Program-made: the position numbers and the translations under genes
Notes under the pieces: model-generated
Database searches by the model: none
Seen by the model: only the letters and a program-made list of their open reading frames with translations
Told to the model about the DNA's origin: nothing
Assembly (NCBI GenBank): GCA_963981005.1
Contig: CAXCCM010000002.1
Span: 1 to 41,855, forward strand
From: an uncultured bacterium
GTDB lineage: Bacteria; Cloacimonadota; Cloacimonadia; Cloacimonadales; TCS61
Reading direction: 5' to 3'
DNA: 41,855 nt
Shown here: positions 19,605 to 28,978 of the stretch, piece after piece
Numbering within the stretch: position 1 is the stretch's first letter
Layout of the letters: each line of letters begins with the position of its first letter

Positions 19605-21398
19605 TTATTCCTCTAATTTAACGCATTTAGATTCTCTTCCACCTTGGGTTAATGTCATACTTTCTACTTTTCCATCATTCTTTAAATTAAATGTAAATTG
19701 AGCTTCGAATATTTTTGGATAAAAAACATTTTCAGATTCAGAAAAAATTTCAAACTGATCTTGACCAGTTGCCTGAGCTTTCATTTGCTTACCTTCTTTC
19801 GTAACAGTAATAATAAACCCTTCTCGTAGTTCATATTTACCCACATAACTTTCCAAAATGGCATTATCAACAGGCTTATCTATAACTAATCGTCCAACCA
19901 TAGCGTATGTTGGAGGTTCCATAAACGCGTTTCTAGTTGTAGGAAAACCTGTCATTCCTGATTCTGCACGTTGACCAGATTCTGAAACAAAACTGATATT
20001 TCCCGATTTGTCAGGGTAAATATTAAATAGGAAACATGAACCTAAGTAGGTTGAATAAAGGAGTTTACTATTTTTAATGTCGATTACAGAAACAAAAGAT
20101 TTTTTGCGTGCAAAAAAACCTGAGTTAAAGGTCTTCTCTCCGACTGGATAATCTGAATACAAAGCGTTCTCGGTAAGCGGAAAATCGGCAGAACTTGTTG
20201 TTCCTCCAATAACAATAGTATCATTATTAAGAAAATTTACTGACATGACTTTATCGGCTTCACTTCCTCCAAATAATGTTGAGTATTCTAATGTCATATC
20301 ATCAGAATTAAATACAGATATGAAGCAATCCTGTTTACCCTTACCTTTTTTGCTAATAGCATTATCAGTTACTGGGAAATTTTCTTCCTTAGTGCTGCCT
20401 GAGACTATCAATCTGTTTGGTTTTGTCCATTTTAAATTTGAGCTCTGATATCCATCGGCTGCGAAATAGCTTAAATATGAAATTTTGTTGTCTGCTGCGT
20501 TTATTTTGGCAATAAAATGATCCATTCTGGCTCTATTTTCAGGTTTGATGAATTCTTTGCGAATAGCATTATCAGTTACTGGTAAGTCTGCTGTAAGAGT
20601 ACCGCCTGTAATATATATATTATCTTTGTCATCAACATCAAGCCCAAGAATCATTTCCATTTGGCTACTTCCAAAGAATGTGGAGAATAAAAGCTTTTCT
20701 CCATCTGGATTAAATTTAGAGACGAAACCATGGTGCTTTTTACTTGTAGAGTCAATGACACCTTTTGTTAGAGGAAAGTCATGAGAAAGGGTAACTCCCA
20801 CAAGAATAATATTACCTTTAGAATCAATTTTAATGCATCCCCCGCTTACAGTTTCTTCAACTTCACCTCCAAGAAATGTAGAAAATATGATATCAGTTCC
20901 AGTTGGATTCATTTTAGTTAAGAAAACATCGCCAGCCCATTGTCCTTCACCATTAAAACTAGTATCATACACTCCTTCAGTTACAGGAAAATCTGATGAT
21001 TCTGTACCTCCTGCTAAATAAATAAATCCTTGTTCATCCACTGTTATAGCTGTATGATGTTCTCTTTTTGTACCACCAATTAATGTTGCAAAAACTATTT
21101 CCCCTTTGGGTGTAAATTTTGCTACAAAGACATCGGCCAAATCCTCACCCTTTAATTCAGTTTGATACGCTCCTTCAGTAGCTGGAAAATTCTTATCTTT
21201 AGTATTTCCTGAAATATAAGTATACCCTTCGTTATCGGTATAAATATCAAAACCTGATGCAAATCTATCAGTATGCGAAAGATAAGTAGAAAAACCAAGC
21301 TTATATGCTAAGCTATCTGCAAATTCTATTGTTTGCGAGTTTAGAATTCCTAGATTAAAAAGAATTCCTAATAAGATGAAACTAATTTTTTTTAACAT
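19605..21398 (-). CDS. Secreted SBBP-repeat beta-propeller protein with a C-terminal DUF3471-like domain
   Basis: Signal peptide. At least 6 repeats of G(G/N/S)T...(D/N)FP(V/L/A)T(E/D/K)(G/N)A type are present. The tail YVGKYELREGFIITVTKEGKQMKAQ...FTFNLKNDGKVESMTL resembles the domain usually appended to beta-lactamase-fold enzymes. AAGGAG RBS. Confidence 0.7.
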   Translation of the reverse strand: MLKKISFILLGILFNLGILNSQTIEFADSLAYKLGFSTYLSHTDRFASGFDIYTDNEGYTYISGNTKDKNFPATEGAYQTELKGEDLADVFVAKFTPKGEIVFATLIGGTKREHHTAITVDEQGFIYLAGGTESSDFPVTEGVYDTSFNGEGQWAGDVFLTKMNPTGTDIIFSTFLGGEVEETVSGGCIKIDSKGNIILVGVTLSHDFPLTKGVIDSTSKKHHGFVSKFNPDGEKLLFSTFFGSSQMEMILGLDVDDKDNIYITGGTLTADLPVTDNAIRKEFIKPENRARMDHFIAKINAADNKISYLSYFAADGYQSSNLKWTKPNRLIVSGSTKEENFPVTDNAISKKGKGKQDCFISVFNSDDMTLEYSTLFGGSEADKVMSVNFLNNDTIVIGGTTSSADFPLTENALYSDYPVGEKTFNSGFFARKKSFVSVIDIKNSKLLYSTYLGSCFLFNIYPDKSGNISFVSESGQRAESGMTGFPTTRNAFMEPPTYAMVGRLVIDKPVDNAILESYVGKYELREGFIITVTKEGKQMKAQATGQDQFEIFSESENVFYPKIFEAQFTFNLKNDGKVESMTLTQGGRESKCVKLEE

Positions 21399-21432
21399 AA
21401 TAATCTCCTTTATAATATCTATTTTTTAGTAC

Positions 21433-21448
21433 TGCATATTCTATGCCA
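21433..21448 (-). promoter_or_regulatory. Sigma-54 (-24/-12) promoter P1 for the nine-gene cluster
   Basis: The minus strand reads TGGCATAGAATATGCA, with GG and GC at the consensus TGGCAC-N5-TTGCW spacing. It ends 35 nt upstream of the ATG at 21398. Confidence 0.7.
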
Positions 21449-21511
21449 AACACCTAATATCACATTTTACAATAAGTTAGTTATAACTTACAGTTTATTT
21501 AGTCTTAAAGG

Positions 21512-21548
21512 TGTTCATCAACGTTCAATTTTTGTTCTCTTGTGAACA
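21512..21548. promoter_or_regulatory. Paired candidate enhancer (UAS) sites upstream of P1
   Basis: TGTTCatcaacGTTCA (21512-21527) and the perfect palindrome TGTTCtcttgtGAACA (21533-21548). The starts are 21 bp apart, and the pair lies 64-100 bp upstream of the -24 element. Confidence 0.5.
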
Positions 21549-21589
21549 GTGTAGAGCGATTCACCTGGAACAATAACTTCTTAAAAATT

Positions 21590-21958
21590 CTAACAAATAA
21601 CTGATCGATTATTATCTAATAGTTCTAAAAGCATTGGCATTGACACTGGCTTCACTAGATAATCGAGATACTTAGTTTTTTGCAACCTTTTAGTATATTG
21701 TGAAATCGGATCTGAGCTATGAAAAATTATATGAGTTTTATGCAATTCCTGAATCAAACATGCAATTTCGATCCCATCAATATCTCCCAAAACATTTATA
21801 TCCATCAAAAAAAAATCTGGTTTAAACTCTTCAGCTGCTTTAAGTGCACTTTTATAATCACATGCTATTGAACAGACATCATGACCATTTTCTTCTAATA
21901 AAAACTTGATATCTTGCGCGATCAATACTTCATCTTCTACAATACAAATAGTATTCAA
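21590..21958 (-). CDS. Stand-alone response-regulator receiver (CheY-like)
   Basis: IVEDE, FFLMDINV (phospho-acceptor Asp) and a conserved VKP lysine region. As sequenced it has only a TTG start, 2 nt after a G7 run; see findings. Confidence 0.75.
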   Translation of the reverse strand: MNTICIVEDEVLIAQDIKFLLEENGHDVCSIACDYKSALKAAEEFKPDFFLMDINVLGDIDGIEIACLIQELHKTHIIFHSSDPISQYTKRLQKTKYLDYLVKPVSMPMLLELLDNNRSVIC

Positions 21959-22088
21959 ATCCCCCCCATAATCACAGAGATAGAGTTTGCATTATACCCC
22001 ATCTCTGCTAAAAAATATTCTTTGTACTCAATTCAAGATCCTTGGAATAATCTTCCAGATTGGAAGAGGTTTTCCATGATTGTATTAT

Positions 22089-25000
22089 TTATTTCATTAG
22101 GATCATTTTCTTCGTTGAAACATACTTGTCGGCTTTCATCTTGTAGAAATAAACGCCACTTGAAACTTTTTTGTTAGTATAGTCAGTTCCATTCCAGGTT
22201 ACAATGTGATCCCCTGATTCATTCACGTCATTTACGAGGGTCTTCACGAGCTGGCCGCGTAGATTGTAAATTTCCAAAGTCACGTTTCCAGTTTCTTTGA
22301 CTGAATAAGCAATATTGGTTTCAGGATTGAAAGGATTGGGATAATTTCCAGCAAGCTCTGTTATAGCAATGATATTATTACCGGCATTAGTTCCCATATA
22401 TGTGAATTCAATGGTAACTATATCAGATTCACCATCATCATAAATTGCTTGTACACCAGCAGTATATGTTTGATTGTAAACCAAATTTTCTAATAACCAT
22501 TCTGTATCGGTTGTATTACCTTCAAAGCTGGTATCCAAAAATACATTGTAGCTTTCCAGTTCTCGGCTGGAATTTACATTGTGATCTAGTGCATTAACAA
22601 ATACTTTTTCACGTTGAGTTGTAGTATGTGCACCTACTTCTTTTAGAGGAGTAGGAGAAAGTTCCGCAACAGTTCCATCGCCATACTGAACAACTGCACG
22701 AATGAGATAAGCTTCAGACCAAGATGTCCAACCTCCACCATTATTATGATCCCAAGATCTTCCATTATTCAAATTTGTATTACAGCTCATATAAGTATCT
22801 TCATCGATTGAACCAAAGGCAACAACGAAATCATTATCAACCATTAGGTTTTCATCAGATACATCTATTATTACCCAGTCATCAAAAAGAGCATAAGCTA
22901 ATTCAGTGTGTAATAGATCTTCTGTAGGAGCCCCTGCATCCCAGCCCCATACTTCAGCATTGAACTCTGTACCTGAAGAGGTGTGTATTTTCAGTTCCAG
23001 AATTTGGCAGGCTTCACTAGGACTCATTTGAGTTCCCATACTAAAACCAACATAGCTGTATTGGCCGTTACTTACACCATTATCGTAGATTAGTTCCTCA
23101 ATATCACCGCCGCCACCAACTGGTGCATCCCAAGTGAAAAGTCCATCTTCATCAACTGCTAAGTTTGTTGGTGGATCAAGAGTTGTGGCTGGATTATAAG
23201 TGAAATCTACTTCTACGCACTCAGATATACCGTCATCATAAACTGCTTCTACGCCAGCAGTGTAAGTCTGACCGCTAGTAAGATCAGAGAACATCCATTC
23301 TATATCGATAGTATTACTAACCATTTCACCATCAAGATAAACATTGTAACTTTCCAATTCTCGGCTGGAATTTACATTGTGATCTAGTGCACCAACTTTT
23401 TTTACAGGAGTTGAAGAGAGTTCGGCAACAGTGCCTGGTGCATCCCAGGTGAAAAGGCCATCTTCATCAACTGCCAGGTTGGTAGGTGGATCAAGAGTTG
23501 GTATTACTACATCTGTCAGCATCACATCATCAATATACCAGTAGTTAATGCCGTAAGAATCACCATTCAGATAGAAGCACATTTGGAATGTAGCTGATCC
23601 AACATCTGCATTAGTTATGGTTACGTTAACTGTTTCAGGTCCAACAGCACCAGCTGGAATAATCGACCATGCATCATTCCAGGTTGTACCATCGCTGCTC
23701 GTAGCTACACCCAGTGTGTATCCACCTGAATAGTCATCAACACAGTGCTTGAATTCTACAGCTATTTCTGTCATCTCTGATGTATCCAGAACCATTGTGC
23801 ACATTCTTGATATATCATTAAATGGGGGTGTCCAACTGAACATCATCTCAGTTCCAGTACCGCCTGCATGGTTTCCTGCAGAGGATCCCCAGTTTGTTTG
23901 CCCCACTCCATCGATATACCAGCCGGCTGGTGGAACACCACCACCGAAATCTTCTAAGATCAGAATACCCTCTGCACCAATAAAAGCTAAATTGGAAGTG
24001 GCTTCTCCACCATCACCAATTAAATTATAGGGAACAACTGTGTAGCAATATGTTCCAGCTAAAGGAATTGTATTATCTATATAAGATGTATTTAGCCCGG
24101 TTACTTCAAATAAAACACCGTCATTTCTTTCGATGTGATAACCACCAATAACATTGTTAAAAGAACCGCCATGCAATCCGGTTGTGGGATTATCCCAAGT
24201 AAGTGTTCCTGATAAAATACCGGGAGATGTTTGCGTTAAAATAAGATTATTAACCGCAGCCGGAGCATCTTCTCCAACCCAAATAGTACTCTCAACCGTG
24301 ATCCCCTCACCAGCATCATTGAAGCCAACAACACCATAGGTATAAATTCCGGCCGTTAGCATACTAGAATCTACGTGAGAACCTGTGCCACCGATAACAG
24401 GAGCTGTATCTGTGTAGATGAGTGTTCCATCTCTGTAGACTCTCATCTCATCGAGATCCGCAAGAGTGTTTCCGCCAATTGTTGTTGTTGGACAAGTCCA
24501 GCCGATATCAGCTTGGAAAATACCATTAGCACCCGGGGTAACAGTTACATCTGTAGGAGCGGCAGGTGAATTAAGAGTTTCAGCTGACAAATTTATATCT
24601 AAAGTGGTTATCTCTTCAGATAAGATCTCCACATCAGGGATTGTTAGAGTATTATAACCATCCATTGTACATATCACATCATAAATCCCAGCCATTTTAT
24701 CAAAGCTGTACGACCCATCAGCAGCAGTTTCCGCAAAAGTAAAATACCCGTCTGTTATGATCGCACCTTCAATAGCATCACCTGTATCAGCATCTGTAAC
24801 CGTTCCTGCTACAGAACCGAAATCACATTCCTGATAGCAGCATAATCCACCCTCATATGTACCTATCCAGAGTCTGGATTCAGCATCAAGCTCCAGACTC
24901 AATATATTATCTGTGGGTAGTCCGGAGTTTGTACTATTGTAGGAATACCAATCATTACCATCATATTTTGCCAATCCTGCTTCAGTTCCTACCCAGACAT

Positions 25001-25775
25001 TGCCTTGATTATCGATCAGGATTTCCTGAGTATAATTACTGGGAAGATTGGAGTTATTAACATTGTACACTGACCAGATAGTGCCATCAAAACATGCAAC
25101 ACCACCACCAAAAGTAGCCATCCAAATATTGTTTTCATTATCAAATTCAATATCATAGACAGTATCATCCGGAATCTCTGAATTCCCTGTATTGTAAGAG
25201 CTCCATTCAGAGCCATCAAAGCTAGTCAGACCACCCCACTGGGTTCCAATCCATTTTACATCATCTTGATCAACATTTATTGTATAGATCGTATTATCGG
25301 GTAACTGACTATTATTCATGTCGAAAACTTCCCAGACAGAACCATCAAAACTGGCAATTCCACCAAAACTGGTTCCAATCCATTTAACATTATCTTCATC
25401 AATTGTAATTTCTGTAACCAGAGGATATGGGAGCGGAGATGCCCCATATGTATATTCAGTCCAGCTAGAACCATCAAAAACTGCAGCGCCATTACCAGAT
25501 CCGATCCAAATATTACCATTCTCCTCTCTGGCTATACACCTTATAGTTGCATAATCATAATAATAATTCTGCCAATTTACATCATCATAACTGGCTAGGC
25601 CACCACTGAATGTTCCTACCCACTTCACATTATCAGGAGCGATTAATAGATCATATACATCATCTGCCGGAATACCTGAGTTTGTAAGATCATAAATGTC
25701 CCATTCCTCAGCATAAGCTAAGAAAGAGACTGAAAATAAAATTAACATCACTAATAATAAACTTTTACTCTTCAT
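22089..25775 (-). CDS. Large T9SS cargo protein with propeller, CarboxypepD_reg, FN3-like, anchor-J-like and CTD modules
   Basis: Signal peptide. Repeated NVKWIGT..GGL..FDG..W blades are present, followed by GTVTDADTGDAIEGAII. The central region is shared with 25837..28347. The terminal NYPNPFNPETNIAYS...LEIYNLRGQLV...SGVYFYKM is a type A sorting domain. Confidence 0.8.
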   Translation of the reverse strand: MKSKSLLLVMLILFSVSFLAYAEEWDIYDLTNSGIPADDVYDLLIAPDNVKWVGTFSGGLASYDDVNWQNYYYDYATIRCIAREENGNIWIGSGNGAAVFDGSSWTEYTYGASPLPYPLVTEITIDEDNVKWIGTSFGGIASFDGSVWEVFDMNNSQLPDNTIYTINVDQDDVKWIGTQWGGLTSFDGSEWSSYNTGNSEIPDDTVYDIEFDNENNIWMATFGGGVACFDGTIWSVYNVNNSNLPSNYTQEILIDNQGNVWVGTEAGLAKYDGNDWYSYNSTNSGLPTDNILSLELDAESRLWIGTYEGGLCCYQECDFGSVAGTVTDADTGDAIEGAIITDGYFTFAETAADGSYSFDKMAGIYDVICTMDGYNTLTIPDVEILSEEITTLDINLSAETLNSPAAPTDVTVTPGANGIFQADIGWTCPTTTIGGNTLADLDEMRVYRDGTLIYTDTAPVIGGTGSHVDSSMLTAGIYTYGVVGFNDAGEGITVESTIWVGEDAPAAVNNLILTQTSPGILSGTLTWDNPTTGLHGGSFNNVIGGYHIERNDGVLFEVTGLNTSYIDNTIPLAGTYCYTVVPYNLIGDGGEATSNLAFIGAEGILILEDFGGGVPPAGWYIDGVGQTNWGSSAGNHAGGTGTEMMFSWTPPFNDISRMCTMVLDTSEMTEIAVEFKHCVDDYSGGYTLGVATSSDGTTWNDAWSIIPAGAVGPETVNVTITNADVGSATFQMCFYLNGDSYGINYWYIDDVMLTDVVIPTLDPPTNLAVDEDGLFTWDAPGTVAELSSTPVKKVGALDHNVNSSRELESYNVYLDGEMVSNTIDIEWMFSDLTSGQTYTAGVEAVYDDGISECVEVDFTYNPATTLDPPTNLAVDEDGLFTWDAPVGGGGDIEELIYDNGVSNGQYSYVGFSMGTQMSPSEACQILELKIHTSSGTEFNAEVWGWDAGAPTEDLLHTELAYALFDDWVIIDVSDENLMVDNDFVVAFGSIDEDTYMSCNTNLNNGRSWDHNNGGGWTSWSEAYLIRAVVQYGDGTVAELSPTPLKEVGAHTTTQREKVFVNALDHNVNSSRELESYNVFLDTSFEGNTTDTEWLLENLVYNQTYTAGVQAIYDDGESDIVTIEFTYMGTNAGNNIIAITELAGNYPNPFNPETNIAYSVKETGNVTLEIYNLRGQLVKTLVNDVNESGDHIVTWNGTDYTNKKVSSGVYFYKMKADKYVSTKKMILMK
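23195..24585 (-). repeat. Paralogous block shared with 26145-27535 (constant 2,950-nt offset)
   Basis: The alignment is collinear with no net indel. Identity is patchy, from near-identical around 24240-24570 to clearly lower around 23780-23990. Confidence 0.85.
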
Positions 25776-25836
25776 TTGTTTTCCTCCAATTTTTTATATT
25801 ACTTTTTTTGATACTTTTACTTAATCTGCTTTTTTT

Positions 25837-28347
25837 TCATTTCATTAGGATCATTTTCTTTGTAGATGTGAAATTTAGAGTTTTCATTTTGTAGAGGTAG
25901 ACTCCACTTGCAACAGTCTTACCTGAATCATTAGTACCATTCCACGAAATGATATGATCTCCAGATTCAACTACACCTCTGATAAGTCTCTTAACAAGTT
26001 GACCGCGTAGATTGTAAATTTCCAAAGTCATGTTTCCGAGTTCTTTGACTGAATAGGCAATATTTGTTTCAGGATTGAAAGGATTTGGATAGTTTCCAGC
26101 AAGTTCTGTTTTAGCAATGATGTTATTGCCAGCATCAGCTCCAATATAGGTAAAATCTATTGTCACAAGCTCAGACATACCGTCATCATAAACTGCTTCT
26201 AAGCCGGCTGTGTAAGTCTGACCGCTAGAAAGACTACTGAATTGCCAGAAGCTATCATCAGTACTGCCCTCAAAATATCCATCGAGATAAACATTGTAAC
26301 TCTCCAGTTCTCGGCTGGAATTTACATTGTGATCCATCACATCAACAAATACTTTTTCACGTTGAGCTGTAGTATGTGCACCAACTGGTGCATCCCAAGT
26401 GAAAAGGCCATCATCATCAACTGCTAGGTTTGTTGGTGGATCAAGAGTTGGTATTACTTCATCTGTAAGCATCACATCATCAACATACCAATAGTTGAAA
26501 TCAGATGAGTTTCCTACAAAATAGAAGCACATTTGAAATGTAGCGGATCCAACATCAGTTGTGGTAACAACAAAATTAACTGTTTCAGGTCCAATTCCTC
26601 CGGTTGGAACAATCGACCATGCATCATTCCAGATTGTACCATCGCTGCTAGTTGCTACACCCAGTATATATCCACCTGAATAGTCATCAACACAGTGCTT
26701 GAATTCTATAAATATCTCTGTCATATCTGATGTATCCAGAACCATTGTACACATTCTTGATATACCAATAAAACAGGGTTCCCAAGCTAGCACCATCTCA
26801 ATTCCAGAACCGCCTGCATGGTTTCCTGTAGAAGATCCCCAATTTGATTGGCCCATTTCATCACTATGCCAACCAGTTGGTGGAACACCATCACTGAAAT
26901 CTTCTGAGATCAAAAAACCCTCTGAACCAATAAAAACTAAATTGGAAGTAACACTTCCACCATCACCAATTAAATTATAGGGAACAACTGTGTAGCAATA
27001 TACTCCAGCTAAAGGAATTGTATTATCTATATATGATGTTGTTGAACCAGTTACTTCAAATAGAACACCGTCATTTCTTTCGATATGATAACCACCAATA
27101 GCATTGTTAAAAGCACCACCGTGCAATCCGGTTGTGGGATTATCCCAGGTAAGTGTTCCGGATAGATCGCCGGGAGAGGTTTGAGTTAAATTAAGATTAT
27201 TAACTGCTGCCGGAGCATCTTCTCCAACCCAAATAGTACTCTCAACCGTGATTCCTTCACCAGCATCATTAAAACCAACAACACCATAAGTATAAATTCC
27301 TGCATATAGCATACTAGAATCTACGTGAGAACCTGTGCCACCAACGGTTGGAGTTGTATCTGTGTAGATGAGTGTTCCATCTCTGTAGACTCTCATCTCA
27401 TCAAGATCTGTAAGAGTGTTTCCGCCAATTGTCGTAGTTGGGCAAGTCCAGCCAATATCAGCTTGGTAAATACCATTAGCGCCAGGGGTAACAGTTACAT
27501 CTGTAGGAGCTGAGGGTGAATCAGGAGATTCAGCATCACGCAGTTCCATTCCGTAAAGAAAATCAATTTCTCCTTGTCCAAGACAACCTAAAATAGTTTT
27601 ACCAGGAACCAGTCCACCTTCGTAATAGAATGCACCTCCAATAACTCCGGCATTACCAAGAGTAACGGAGTAAGAAGTTCCGGTTGGTGCACCACTTAAA
27701 TCATATTGAATAAATGTGGTTGGTTCAGCAAAAAGCCATAAGCAATCTGCATAGGAGTCATAAGCCAAACCATAGGCGGAGTTATCATCAGCATAAATAT
27801 TGATTACATTACCATTAACATCAAATTCATAAATGGGATCACTAAAACTCTTTGTCCAGAAATGGTTACCGTCATAAGCTAAAGCACGGATAGTTCCAAA
27901 TGATGTGCCAAATTCTGTAGTCCAGGTTTCTGAAGCAATATCAAATGAGAAGAAATTAGTCTCATTTCCACCATAGATTTTACCTTCAGAGGCAACATAT
28001 GCCAGGTCCCGAATTCCCCAGACGAATGCGGCAGCTGGTTGTTCGTAACTATTAACTAAGGTTCCTGCAATCGGATCTATTTTGTAGAGGTAGTTGGGAT
28101 CTACGCCATTTCCACCACCGGTAGCCCATATATTAGTACCATCATATTCTACACCAAGCAGTTGATTATCATTTGCTATGCCCTCCACATCAAGTGAATA
28201 TATGATCTCTCCAACTTCGTCTGTGATCACAGGGATTGTTGATGCTGGTCCAACATCATTCAACAACGGTGCTGCTTCTACTCTTTTATCAGCAAATAAA
28301 CCTGCTGAGACCAGCAATACTAACACTAACAAAAAAAACATTTTCAT
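25837..28347 (-). CDS. T9SS cargo protein, paralog of 22089..25775 with a different N-terminal propeller-like region
   Basis: I place the start at MKMFFLLV (AAGGAGA RBS) rather than the ORF-track 28386, which would overlap the upstream receiver gene. It has the same FN3-like and anchor-J-like core and the same T9SS CTD. Confidence 0.8.
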   Translation of the reverse strand: MKMFFLLVLVLLVSAGLFADKRVEAAPLLNDVGPASTIPVITDEVGEIIYSLDVEGIANDNQLLGVEYDGTNIWATGGGNGVDPNYLYKIDPIAGTLVNSYEQPAAAFVWGIRDLAYVASEGKIYGGNETNFFSFDIASETWTTEFGTSFGTIRALAYDGNHFWTKSFSDPIYEFDVNGNVINIYADDNSAYGLAYDSYADCLWLFAEPTTFIQYDLSGAPTGTSYSVTLGNAGVIGGAFYYEGGLVPGKTILGCLGQGEIDFLYGMELRDAESPDSPSAPTDVTVTPGANGIYQADIGWTCPTTTIGGNTLTDLDEMRVYRDGTLIYTDTTPTVGGTGSHVDSSMLYAGIYTYGVVGFNDAGEGITVESTIWVGEDAPAAVNNLNLTQTSPGDLSGTLTWDNPTTGLHGGAFNNAIGGYHIERNDGVLFEVTGSTTSYIDNTIPLAGVYCYTVVPYNLIGDGGSVTSNLVFIGSEGFLISEDFSDGVPPTGWHSDEMGQSNWGSSTGNHAGGSGIEMVLAWEPCFIGISRMCTMVLDTSDMTEIFIEFKHCVDDYSGGYILGVATSSDGTIWNDAWSIVPTGGIGPETVNFVVTTTDVGSATFQMCFYFVGNSSDFNYWYVDDVMLTDEVIPTLDPPTNLAVDDDGLFTWDAPVGAHTTAQREKVFVDVMDHNVNSSRELESYNVYLDGYFEGSTDDSFWQFSSLSSGQTYTAGLEAVYDDGMSELVTIDFTYIGADAGNNIIAKTELAGNYPNPFNPETNIAYSVKELGNMTLEIYNLRGQLVKRLIRGVVESGDHIISWNGTNDSGKTVASGVYLYKMKTLNFTSTKKMILMK
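26145..27535 (-). repeat. Paralogous block shared with 23195-24585
   Basis: See the partner entry. The 3' ~310 nt (25837-26150) also matches 22089-22400, at an offset of 3,748 nt. Confidence 0.85.
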
Positions 28348-28363
28348 TATTATCTCCTTATTT

Positions 28364-28762
28364 TCAAATGATTTCCCTTTTATCATGTATATCTTCTGCT
28401 TTTATTCTCTGAATTGATTCAATTAGAAATTCATAGTTAAATGGTTTTTTCATGAACAAATAGGCACCCCGATCTAAAGCTTCAGCCTGGGTTTCTTCAT
28501 CTGCAAAGGCAGAATAAATAATTACTTTGGCTTCATTATTCATTTGTAAGATCAATTTTAATACATCGATCCCATTGAGTTTTGGCATCCGAAAATCTGT
28601 TATAATAAGCTGGTAAATATTTTTATCATATTTTGATAGAGCTTCTTCCGGGTCTTTGAAGCCATGATTTGGAAAACCACCTATTTTCAGCGCATACCGT
28701 ATACTTTTTAATGTAAATTCATTATCATCAATCACCATTATCAATTTATTATCCTTTTCCAT
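28364..28762 (-). CDS. Stand-alone response-regulator receiver, first gene of the T9SS-cargo operon
   Basis: MVIDDNEF, LIITDFRMPKLNG and MKKP motifs. GGGAGGAAA RBS. Confidence 0.8.
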   Translation of the reverse strand: MEKDNKLIMVIDDNEFTLKSIRYALKIGGFPNHGFKDPEEALSKYDKNIYQLIITDFRMPKLNGIDVLKLILQMNNEAKVIIYSAFADEETQAEALDRGAYLFMKKPFNYEFLIESIQRIKAEDIHDKREII

Positions 28763-28799
28763 TTTTCCTCCCCCACTTTTTTCTCACAACTAAGAAAGT

Positions 28800-28815
28800 A
28801 GCAAATAGTGTACCA
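28800..28815 (-). promoter_or_regulatory. Sigma-54 (-24/-12) promoter P2
   Basis: The minus strand reads TGGTACACTATTTGCT, with correct GG-N10-GC spacing. It ends 38 nt upstream of the ATG at 28762. Confidence 0.7.
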
Positions 28816-28978
28816 AACAGAAAAGGTCGAGAAATGTAAGACTTATATGTTTAATATATAGATAGTTAAAGCTTTGAGGAACAAATTGTAATGAGTTATA
28901 TGAAAAGGTAGATCAATTCATTTTGAATCGTTCAAATTGAACTATAAATTCAGAATGGATCGGATAAAATTTGTTAGT

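Noticed and set aside
21988-22001. TGCATTATACCCCA (minus strand TGGGGTATAATGCA) upstream of the receiver gene, a possible sigma-54 element.
   Set aside because: The GG to GC spacing is 2 nt too short. It may instead contain a TATAAT-like -10 box, but no convincing -35 element was found.
22089-28347. A diversity-generating retroelement or other targeted hypermutation as the source of differences between the two T9SS paralogs.
   Set aside because: No reverse transcriptase or template repeat is present in the window. The substitutions between the paralogous blocks are a mix of transitions and transversions at all four bases, not adenine-specific.
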